The notes under the pieces were generated by a model. It was given only the letters and a program-made list of their open reading frames with translations, did no database searches and was not told where the DNA came from. Shown here one piece after another: positions 1 through 7,813 of a stretch of DNA of 12,886 nucleotides (positions within the stretch are counted from its first letter, which is position 1; every line of letters starts with the position of its first letter). Source of the DNA: Octopus sinensis (Eukaryota). The stretch is taken from positions 1 through 12,886 of the forward strand of contig NW_021826352.1 in assembly GCF_006345805.1 (NCBI RefSeq), in the 5' to 3' direction. Made by a program: the position numbers and the translations under genes.

Positions 1-350
1 CGTACTAGTAGGGTATTAAGAGCACCATCTGAGCGTGATCGTTACCAGAGCGGCGCTATCTGGCCTCCATGCCAGTGGCACATAAAAGACACCATTCAAG
101 CGTGATCATTACCAGCATTGCTTACTGGCACCTGTGCCGGTGGCATGTGTAAAATATTTGAGCAAGGTCGTTGCCAGTGCCACTGGACTGGCCCACGTGC
201 CAGTGGCACGTAAAGGCACCCAATACGCTCTCAGAGTGGTTGGCGTTAGGAAGGGCATCCAGCTGTAGAAACTCTGGTGCAGCCATCTGGTTCACCAGCC
301 CTCAGTCAAAATCGTCTAACACATGCTAGCATGGAGAGCAGGCATTAAAC
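1..350 (+). mobile_element. 3' UTR/tail fragment of an RTE-clade non-LTR retroelement (continues beyond the window start)
   Basis: Reverse-complement match to 3380-3800, which is attached to a recognisable RTE ORF. Shared motifs are GAGTGGTTGGCGTTAGGAAGGGCATCCAGCTGTAGAAAC, CATGCTRGCATGGA, and ~60-65 bp sub-repeats containing GCCRGTGGCAYRTAAAA. Confidence 0.85.
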
Positions 351-353
351 TTG

Positions 354-424
354 ATATATATATATATATATACTATATTATATATAATCTATATATTATA
401 TATATATATATAATATAAATAAAT
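354..424. repeat. (TA)n-rich microsatellite
   Basis: Direct reading. Confidence 0.95.
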
Positions 425-457
425 AAATTGTGAAGCATGACTGTCACCACTAATACA

Positions 458-502
458 TGAACCTGAAGATTGCAGAATTTAATGCATGAAAGTACTAGTT
501 CA
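458..502 (+). ncRNA. Minimal type I hammerhead ribozyme motif (Penelope-like element type)
   Basis: TGAAC (stem I, 458-462), CTGAAGA (463-469), t, TGCA-gaatttaa-TGCA, t (stem II), GAAA (488-491), GTAC, TA, GTTCA (stem I', 498-502). Stem III is the palindrome AGTACT and the predicted cut is after CUA at 497. The innermost stem II position is a U-U mismatch. Confidence 0.8.
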
Positions 503-735
503 ATCAGAATGAACATTTAACATTCTACTATTTTATTTTATTTTATTTCATTATATTATCTTATATCATTATAAGATTGTAAATAAAACATGAAATCAGA
601 CAAGGTTGGAATTCCTTTTATTAATATATTCTTCTATACACAATCACACACACCCATATATATATATATCTATATATATAAATATATAAGAGTGTTGTAG
701 TTTGCTAGAAGCATCATAGTATGAAAGAAGGGGGA

Positions 736-930
736 GAAAAGGGAAAATAGAAAAGCTTTTGATAATACAAAAAGTTTCACAAAACCTTCATATTTCAGGC
801 ATAAAGGCCCGTCCCCAAAAGAAAAGCAGTCTGGGAAACATCTAATTGTACTGAAACTGGCCAAAACAAAAGGTTTTGGCAAACTTTCCGCATTCTCAGA
901 AGCTTTCTCATTTTCGTTTTTTCCCTTTTC
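736..930. repeat. Degenerate inverted-repeat (fold-back) element between TA microsatellites
   Basis: The left arm GAAAAGGGAAAATAGAAAAGCTTTTGATAATACAAAAAGTTTCACAAAACCTT resembles the reverse complement of the right arm (GAAAAGGGAAAAAACGAAAATGAGAAAGCTTCTGAGAATGCGGAAAGTTTGCCAAAACCTT). Confidence 0.65.
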
Positions 931-1009
<79 letters not shown>

Positions 1010-1013
1010 TATA
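931..1013. repeat. (TA)n(TG)n(TA)n compound microsatellite
   Basis: Direct reading. Confidence 0.95.
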
Positions 1014-1071
1014 TCATTACAGATATAGGGTGAAGGATAATTAATTTAATAAAATCAACAAATTTCAACTA

Positions 1072-1335
1072 GGCGCAGAAGTGGCTGTGTGGAAAGTAGC
1101 TTGTTTACCAACCACATGGTTCCGGGATCAGTCCCACTGCATGGCACCTTGGACAAGTGTCTTCTACTATAGCCCCGGGCCGACCAATGCCTTGTGAGTG
1201 GATTTGGTAGATGGAAACTGAAAGAAGCTTGTCGTATATATGTATATATATATATGTGTGTGTGTGTTTGTGTGTCTGTGTTTGTCTCCCTATCATTGCT
1301 TGACAACCGATGCTGGTGTGTTTACGTCCCCGTCA
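1072..1335 (+). mobile_element. tRNA-derived SINE, family A, 3'-truncated
   Basis: The head GGCGCAGAAGTGGCTGTGTGG has A-box-like and GGATCAGTCCC B-box-like motifs, followed by an internal (TA)(TG) tract. Colinear with the reverse complement of 8481-8887. Confidence 0.9.
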
Positions 1336-1507
1336 GACATAAACACACCAGCATCGGTTGTCAAGCAATGATAGGGGGGAAAAACACAGACACACAAACA
1401 TATACACACACATACATATATACATATATACAACAGGCTTCTTTCAGTTGAACCCGGAACCATGTGGTTGGTAAGCAAGCTACTTACCACACAACCACTC
1501 CTGCGCC
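1336..1507 (-). mobile_element. tRNA-derived SINE, family A, 3'-truncated and internally deleted, tail-to-tail with the previous copy
   Basis: Reverse complement of 1072-1130 and ~1217-1328. The middle is deleted at TTTCAGT|TGAACCCGG (~1448). Confidence 0.9.
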
Positions 1508-1601
1508 TATGTAAAGTGCAATATTGATGATAAGGGGAATGAAAAATTTGAACATTCAAACTTTGGGTTTATTTAACAGTTGGTTTAATCATAATAATTG
1601 T

Positions 1602-1690
1602 CCAACATATGTTTCGATCACATTAACTGCTTATTGTTGCATAGTTATATGCAACGATTTATGCATTATTAGTTTGATCTTTTCAGTGTG
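1602..1690 (-). ncRNA. Degenerate hammerhead-like motif with long stem II
   Basis: The minus strand reads CACA-CTGAAAA-GATCA-[extension with the hairpin GTTGCATA-taac-TATGCAAC]-TGATC-GAAA-CATATGT. G8 is replaced by A and stem I is short or ambiguous. Confidence 0.5.
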
Positions 1691-1817
1691 TATAGAAAGG
1701 AGATTGTTTGAAAAGGCATTTTCCTCCGTTAGTATCAAAATTGTATACGACCATGTGTCTATTGTTGGTGATTTTTTTTCCTCCATCTTCCCTTCCTTGG
1801 ATCTTTCCTTTTCCTAT

Positions 1818-1852
1818 GTTTCCGACGAAGAGCTCCACTTGAAACGTTAAAT
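1818..1852 (+). ncRNA. Degenerate minimal hammerhead-like motif
   Basis: GTTT-CCGACGA-AGAGCTCCACTT-GAAA-CG-TT-AAAT. The core differs from CUGANGA at one position, stem III has the palindrome ACGT, and stem II is weakened. It is followed by a ~90 nt tail and (TA)n. Confidence 0.5.
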
Positions 1853-1938
1853 CCTCCTTCTTTCCTTCTTTCCTGAGCGTCCAATAATACTATATTTGTT
1901 CCACGTCCTCACGTTGTTGTGTTTTCATGTTTGGATTA

Positions 1939-1974
<36 letters not shown>

Positions 1975-1977
1975 TAC

Positions 1978-2138
1978 ATACGATGGGCTTCTTTCAGTTT
2001 CTGACTACCAAATCCTCTCACAAGTCTTTGGTCAGCCCTAGGCTATAGTAGAAAACACTTGCCCAAGGTGGCACACTGTAGGACTGAACCGAGAACCATG
2101 TGGTTGTGATGCAAGCTCTGTAACCACACAGCCACAAC
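1978..2138 (-). mobile_element. tRNA-derived SINE, family A, diverged head half
   Basis: Colinear with 8732-8885 (CGAYRGGCTTCTTTCAGTTTC...GGACTGAAC...GAACCATGTGGTTG...ACCACACAGCCAC). Confidence 0.88.
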
Positions 2139-2223
2139 TAGTTAACAGATGAGATATACATATCTCAATAGGGAGAAAGCCAAGACTGAAAATATTCAGA
2201 CATTAAACATTCATGAATAAGTA

Positions 2224-2786
2224 TTAAGTTGTCCGGAATTCCTGAGCGTTTTCATGCTAAATCTTTTAACACTTCATTGAACACACCTGAGACATAAAAA
2301 AGATTAAAACTTTGGTGTTACTTGAAGCGGTTCTGCATCTTTTTTTTTGTTTTCGACAGAAAATAGATTTATCTCTCATTTCAGTTCCCCTTTATTAACA
2401 TTTGAAATGGAGAACCAAATGTTTCATATTCGCGTTGTAATGCTTTTCTTTTTTTCAAAACAAAGGAGGAAATGCCGCAAAGACTTTCAGAAACCTTTGT
2501 GAAGATTATGTTGATGATGATGATGCTGTAGGGGAATCAACTGTTTGAATGTGGTTTGCAAAGTTTAAAGCTGGGGAGTTTAGCTTGGAAGATGACGGTC
2601 GCAGAGAGGGAAGACCTTCAGAATTGGATGAGGATGCTTTGAAGGCAGAAATCGAAGGAAACTCAAATATCACAAAGGGAGAACTTGCAGAGGGGTCGCA
2701 AGTTTCTGAAAGTGTGCTTCATAAAGGAGATCCCTTTTTGCATCTTAAAAAAAAAAAAACAGCTCAGAACTTTCTGGACAACCTAA
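2224..2786 (+). mobile_element. Internally deleted mariner (Tc1/mariner) DNA transposon
   Basis: Imperfect terminal inverted repeats TTAAGTTGTCCGGAATTCCTGAGCGTTTT and (reverse complement) TTAGGTTGTCCAGAAAGTTCTGAGCTGTTTT, flanked by TA at 2222-2223 and 2787-2788. Contains a transposase N-terminus remnant. Confidence 0.9.
2407..2696 (+). pseudogene. Mariner transposase N-terminal HTH DNA-binding region remnant
   Basis: MENQMFHIRVVMLFFF /frameshift/ NKGGNAAKTFRNLCEDY..AVGESTV*MWFAKFKAGEFSLEDDGRREGRPSELDEDALKAEIEGNSNITKGELAE matches the mariner WF.KF..G..SLED..R.GRP motif. It has a stop and a frameshift, and no DD34D domain. Confidence 0.88.
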
Positions 2787-2803
2787 TACACAAATATTCA
2801 CAT

Positions 2804-3017
2804 ATTCTTTACTACTTTTGGCACAAGGCCTGAAATTTTGGGGGAGGGATCCAGTCAATTAGATCGACCCCAGTACGCAACCGGTACTTAATTTATCGAC
2901 CCCAAAAGGATGAAAGGCAAAGTCAACTTCAGCAGAATTTGAACTCAGAAGGTGAATACAGACGAAATACTGCCAAGCATTTCGCCCGGTATGCTAACGT
3001 TTCTGCCAACTCACCAA
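2804..3017 (-). mobile_element. tRNA-derived SINE, family C, near full length
   Basis: The minus strand reads TGGCAGAAACGTTAGCATACCGGGCGAAATGC...TTCTGAGTTCAAATTC (B box)...GACTTTGCCTTTCATCCTTTTGGGGTCGATAAATTAAGTACC, homologous to 4490-4630. It ends in AGTAAAGAAT. Confidence 0.88.
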
Positions 3018-3124
3018 CTTCAAATATTTCCATAGTAACCGAACATGCTTCCACAAAGAACACAAGAAAATTCCTCACCTGAAATTCTTGCATCTTTCTT
3101 TTCTCTCTAATTACCTTCCTTTTA

Positions 3125-3362
3125 TTTGTTTATTTGTTTCAGTCATTTGACAGTGGCCAGGCTGGAGCACTGCCTTAAACGTCTTTAGTCAAAGAAATCG
3201 ACACCAAGACTTATTCTTTGTAAGCCTAGTACTTATTTTACTGGCCTCGTTTGCTGAACCACTAGGTTACGGAGATGTAAACACACCAACATCGGTTATC
3301 AAGTGATGGTAGGGAGACAAACACAGACACAAAGACATATATACATATACATATATATACAT
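3125..3362 (-). mobile_element. tRNA-derived SINE, family A, tail half (head not present)
   Basis: TTGTTTCAGTCATTTGAC...GCTGGAGCAC...GACTTATTCTTTGTAAGCC...GTAAACACACCARCATCGGTT is colinear with 8505-8730. Confidence 0.88.
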
Positions 3363-3366
3363 AATA

Positions 3367-4482
3367 TCATCATCATCATACTCCGCTTTCCATGCTGGCA
3401 TGGGTTGGACGGTTTGACTGAGGACTGGTGAGCCAGATGGCTGCACCAGACTCCAATCTGATCTGGCAAAGTTTCTACAGCTGGATGCCCTTCCTAACGC
3501 CAACCACTCCGAGAGTGTAGTGGGTGCTTTTACATGCCACCGGCACGAGGGCCAGTCAGGTGGTACTGGCAATGGCCACACTCAAATGGTGTTTTTTACA
3601 TGCCACATGTGCAGGACCCAGTCCAGTAGCACTGGCAACACCCTCGCTTGAATCTTGTTTTCCACATACCACCAGCACAAGTACCAGTAAGGCGATGCTG
3701 GTAACAATCAAGCTTGAATGGTGTTTTTTACATGCCACCAGCACAGGGCCAGTCAGCAGCCCTGGCAACAATCACACTCGGATGGTGCCCTTAGCGTTCC
3801 ACTAGCATTGATGCCAGTCATGCAGTGCTGTCACCGAATTTGATTTTGATTTCACTCGCATCAACAGGTCTTCACAAGCAGAGTTTTAGTGTCCAAAGAA
3901 GGAAAAGGTATGCATAAGTGGGCTGATTACGCCCCTGGCATAGGCCATGAGGTTATGGTCACATTTGGCTTGCCGGGTCTTATCAAGCACAGCATATTTC
4001 CAAAAGTCTTGGTCACTAGTCATTGCCTCGATGAGGCCTAATGTTCGAAGGTCATGCTTCACCACTTCATCCCAGGTCTTCCTGGGTCTACCTCTTCCAC
4101 AGATTCACTCAACTGCTAGGGTGTGGCACTTTTTCACACAGCTGTCCTCATCCATTCTTGCGACATGACCATACCAGTGCAGTCGTCTCTCTTGCACACT
4201 ATATCTGATGCTTCTTAGGTCCAACTTTTCTCTCAAGGTACCTACACTCTGTCGAGTATGCACACTGACATTACATATCCATCAGATCATACTGGTTTCA
4301 TTCCTTGTGAGCTTATGCATGTCCTCAGCAGTCACAGCCCATGTTTCACTGCCATGTAGTATGGCTGTTCGTACACAAGCGTCATACAGTCTACCTTTTA
4401 CTCTGAGCGAGAGGCCCTTTGTCACCAGCAGAGGCAAGAGCTCTCTGAACTTTGCTCAGGCTATTCTTATTCCAGCAGCTAT
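3367..4482 (-). mobile_element. 5'-truncated RTE-clade LINE with long sub-repeated 3' UTR and (ATG)n tail
   Basis: ORF2 C-terminal remnant at ~3960-4482, 3' UTR at ~3380-3955, and tail TCATCATCATCAT at 3367-3379 on the + strand. Confidence 0.92.
3960..4482 (-). pseudogene. RTE retrotransposon reverse-transcriptase protein C-terminal remnant
   Basis: A single frame reads AAGIRIA*AKFRELLPLLVTKGLSLRVKGRLYDACVRTAILHGSETW...RRLHWYGHVARMDEDSCVKK...GRGRPRKTWDEVVKHDL, with the RTE-type GSETW, RL.W.GHV.RM and GRP.KTW motifs. In-frame TGA stops lie at 4456-4458, 4282-4284 and 4105-4107. Confidence 0.92.
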
Positions 4483-4489
4483 AAAAAAG

Positions 4490-4894
4490 GGGCAGAAACG
4501 CTAGCATGCCGGGCGAAATGCTTAGCAGTATTTCATCTGCCTCTACGTTCTGAGTTCAAATTCCACCGAGGTCGACTTTGCCTTTCATCCTTTTGGGGTT
4601 GATTAAATAAGTGCCAGTTACGCATTGGGGTCAATATAATCGACAATCCGTTTGTCTGTCCTTGTTTGTCCCCTCTATGCTTAGCCCCTTGTGGGTAGTA
4701 AAGAGATAGGTATTTCGTCTGCCGCTACGTTCTGAGTTCAAATTCCACCGAGGTCGACTTTGCCTTTCATCCTTTCGGGGTCGATTAAATAAGTGCCAGT
4801 TACTCACTGGGGTCGATATAATCGACTTAATCCGTTTGTCTGTCCTTGTTTGTCCCCTCTGTGTGTAGCCCCTTGTGGGCAGTAAAGAAACAAG
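4490..4894 (+). mobile_element. tRNA-derived SINE, family C, with tandemly duplicated ~182 bp body
   Basis: Head GGCAGAAACGCTAGCATGCCGGGCGAAATGC, then unit 1 (4528-4709) and unit 2 (4710-4894). Each unit has the B box GAGTTCAAATTCC and the tail AGCCCCTTGTGGGYAGTAAAGA. Confidence 0.9.
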
Positions 4895-5045
4895 ATATAT
4901 AAATATGTGTAGCTAAAGATTGCATGAAAATGTACATAAACAGTTTACGAGTGACACCATAGAATGAGTTAGGCTAGCATTTTGTTTAGGGTAACATTCT
5001 GTTTCAGGTAGCATTCTCTTTAGGGTTCTGTCAGTCCATGTAGAC

Positions 5046-5279
5046 TCCTGTTTCTCAACCATTTTTTGTCTATGAGTCCCTTTGATTTCTAGTTTACTCA
5101 ACTATTTGAAAAATTCTATCACATCTTTAGAATTAAATATTACAAGGAATTGTATTTTAAAAATTGTTAAAATATTTTGTGCATTTTAGAAGTAAAATCA
5201 ATTTATTTCAGATAAATTTTAACAACAAAATCTTATGTAGACCGTCAAGGGCCGTACAGAGCCCGGATTTGAACCATTG
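5046..5279. mobile_element. Old hAT-type MITE
   Basis: The ends TCCTGTTTCTCAACC and TTTGAACCATTG resemble hAT CAGTGKTTCTCAA termini. The 8-bp flanks ATGTAGAC (5038-5045) and ATATGGAC (5280-5287) match at 6 of 8 positions, consistent with a decayed 8-bp TSD. The interior is AT-rich and non-coding. Confidence 0.6.
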
Positions 5280-5371
5280 ATATGGACCAAGGCAGTGTAG
5301 GCTACAGTAAGGAAGAGTTAGGGTTAGGTAGTTTGTGGCAGATGAAATAGTATAGTATTGTGTAGCCCTGC

Positions 5372-5392
5372 ATATATATATATATATATATA

Positions 5393-5423
<31 letters not shown>
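5372..5423. repeat. (TA)n microsatellite
   Basis: Direct reading. Confidence 0.95.
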
Positions 5424-5426
<3 letters not shown>

Positions 5427-5518
5427 TCAGCAAAATTTAGATTCAGATGAATATGGTACTTAAATTAAAGGCACCAGAATTTGGTATGGTATTAACCATA
5501 TAAATCAAATGGGGAGAT

Positions 5519-5658
5519 TATAATCAAAATAAGCAACAAGGATATCCAAGGTATTGTAGTACAATCGTTTCATGCTACTTCATTTTATTTAATAAAATGA
5601 AGTAGCATGAAACGATTGTACTACAATACCTTGGATATTCCTTGTTGCTTATTTTGAT

Positions 5659-5662
<4 letters not shown>
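5519..5662. repeat. Near-perfect ~144 bp palindrome carrying a hammerhead 3' half in each arm
   Basis: Arms of ~71 bp around a single T at 5590, with one 1-nt indel. An arm contains GTAGCAT-GAAA-C-GATT-GTA-CTAC (5602-5624). Confidence 0.9.
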
Positions 5663-5705
<43 letters not shown>

Positions 5706-6129
5706 AAAAATAGAAGCTGAAAATGCACTGAGAATGGTTCAAATATTTTTTATTAAACTGGTTTCAAGTTTACACTGATTGTCGTAGCTGTTTGAAGTTG
5801 CCTGTTTTTATAGGGAGTTCATAGCTGAAATTAGTAAATGTCTTGAATAGGGTTTGATTGGTAGGGGATAGTCACATGACTAGTCTTAGAAATTTTTGTA
5901 TGTTTTCCTGCTATGTCCAGTCCATGCTTTAGTATGGAGTGACAATGTTTGGTTTGGCTGACACGGTTGACTGAACAAGTCCAAACGATCAATGCTCTGA
6001 GTGTTTTCTGTCAAGTGTTTCTAGAGAATGAACGCATGATTAAGTTTATCACCTTTCATGTGTGTGTGTGCATGTATGTGTGGTAAATTGCTTTTTAGTG
6101 GTGGAGCTCAAAGTAGGTAAAGCTATACA

Positions 6130-6484
6130 CTTTACTCTTTTACTTGTTTCAGTCATTTGACTGCGACCATGCTGGAGCACCGCCTTTAGTCGAGCAACTC
6201 GACCCCGGGATTTATTCTTTTGTAAGCCCAGTCTATCGGTCTCTTTTGCCGAACTGCTAAGTAACGGGGACATAAACACACCAGCATCGGTTGTCAAGCA
6301 ATGCTAGGGGGACAAACACACACAAACACACACACACACATATATACGATGGGCTTCTTTCAGTTCCTGTCTACCAAATTCACTCACAAGGCTTTGGTCG
6401 GCCCGAGGCTATAGTAGAAGGTGCCACTGAACCCGGAACCATGTGGTTGGTAAACAAGCTACTTACCACGCAGCCACTCCTGCA

Positions 6485-6486
<2 letters not shown>
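6130..6486 (-). mobile_element. tRNA-derived SINE, family A, near full length with small internal deletions
   Basis: Colinear with 8481-8887, from the (TTTTACTC) tail to the CAGCCACTCCTGCACC head. Deletions near 6232 and 6420. Confidence 0.92.

Positions 6487-6542
<56 letters not shown>
6487..6542. repeat. Pure (TA)n microsatellite
   Basis: Direct reading. Confidence 0.97.
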
Positions 6543-6545
<3 letters not shown>

Positions 6546-6790
6546 AAGAATGTCTTTAGATAAAAACATCTCTATGTAAATTTTCTCCATTTTCCTCATT
6601 TAAAGTTTATTTAACTACCTATACATTTCGTGATAAACTATTATACTTGGTTTTCTCTGAACGCTGGTATGAACCAGGGAACTAGGATGTGTGTGCATCC
6701 CTTAAGGGACTTTAATTCCTCGACTTATATTTATATATATACATATATATAAATATATGTACACACACACATATATAATATATATATATA

Positions 6791-7203
6791 TAATATTAAT
6801 TAGAGACAAAACCACTATTTTGCAAATCAAACAAAGAAAGACTTAATTCAATACATAAAAAAATTTTAATATAAATTAAATAAAAATATATTCGCCACTA
6901 CAATTGTTTCATGTCTCTTCTCAGGACATTCATCAGGTGGATTTCAGATCTTCTATTTTATTTTAAGTTATGAAGTCTTCATAACTTAAAATAAAATAGA
7001 AGATCTGAAATTATATTTATATTAAAATTTCTCGGATTTAAAATTTCTTCTGATGTATTGATTAAGTCTTTCCTTGTTTGATTTGCAAAATAGTGGTTTT
7101 GTCTCTAATTAATATTATATAATATTTTACTATATATTGGATTCAATCCTAAATCTGATTTTCCCTGTAAATTTGGATTTATTCCCTAATATTTATTATT
7201 ATT
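6791..7203. mobile_element. Fold-back element, probably a Penelope-like retroelement terminal-repeat derivative
   Basis: Outer inverted arms 6791-6856 and 7053-7117, and a perfect inner palindrome 6941-7011 (35-bp arms, centre 6976). A hammerhead lies in the left arm, an unpaired tail at 7118-7203 ends in (ATT)n, and TA tracts flank the element. Confidence 0.7.
6895..6940 (-). ncRNA. Minimal type I hammerhead ribozyme with intact core
   Basis: Minus strand: CCAC, CTGATGA, ATGTC-ctgagaaga-GACAT, GAAA, C-AATT-G, TA, GTGG. All conserved core nucleotides are present, with 4-bp stem I, 5-bp stem II and palindromic stem III ACAATTGT. The predicted GUA cut lies between 6899 and 6898. Confidence 0.88.
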
Positions 7204-7384
7204 ATATATATATATATATATAAATGTATATATATATATATATTTATGTGTGTGTATGTGTGTGTGTGTGTGTATCAAAAGGATATGTTATGATACTATT
7301 CCACATATACAAAAAACAGCCACACCAACAATCCAACATACCCCCATCATCAGCTGTCCCACGGATGTCATTATGGTTTTGATA

Positions 7385-7550
7385 CCTGCGCAGCACCACT
7401 CAATCTGGCAGTGTCAACAGCACTAAAATATGTATAGTAGATGATCCACAAGCATTCAAGCAATCGGAGTCCTCAACTTGTTCCATTAGCCAAAAGGCTT
7501 GCAAGGCACCAGCAGGCCTCAAGAGACACCCTCGTGTCCTTAGAGCATGA
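7385..7550 (+). pseudogene. Possible old RTE-like LINE ORF C-terminus with decayed C2H2 zinc finger
   Basis: 7479-7550 reads CSISQKACKAPAGLKRHPRVLRA*, resembling the terminal C..C.R.C....GL.SH.R.H finger of some RTE elements. Upstream, AQHHSIWQ in another frame resembles A.DR..WR. Confidence 0.4.
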
Positions 7551-7813
7551 CTACCTCTTTATTATACAGGGACATATTATCTGGATGGTTGCCATGGTAG
7601 TTCTCAATTATGTTCCAGTTGTATGACATAATGACTTACTGAAAAATAAAAGAAAATAATTTTGAGGATGTACCAGTCTCCATATTCTCTCTTGTAATGG
7701 TTATTGCATATATATATATATATGTGTGTTTGTGTGTGTGTGTGTGTACACATTATATATTTCATTTTTGTATTTGGTTTGCAAGATTCTTTATGGGAAT
7801 TCGTGTGTTGAAG

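Noticed and set aside
1072-1145. tRNA-like sequence with A/B boxes
   Set aside because: It is the head of a multi-copy SINE and lacks a complete cloverleaf.
3520-3810. Regularly spaced ~65 bp repeats superficially like a CRISPR array
   Set aside because: The intervening sequences are homologous to each other, the context is a eukaryotic LINE 3' UTR, and there are no cas genes.
3947-4504. Plus-strand ORFs of 73 and 98 aa
   Set aside because: Antisense shadows of the minus-strand RTE ORF remnant.
5740-5790. Minus-strand GAAACCAGTTTAATAAA resembling a hammerhead 3' half plus poly(A) signal
   Set aside because: No CUGANGA or convincing stem II could be found upstream.
6615-6690. CTGAACG-CTGGT-atga-ACCAG-GGAACTAG (plus) and CACGAAATGTATAGG (minus) hammerhead-like fragments in a TA-flanked island
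   Set aside because: Too many core mismatches to call from one copy. Worth rechecking only if a family consensus is built.
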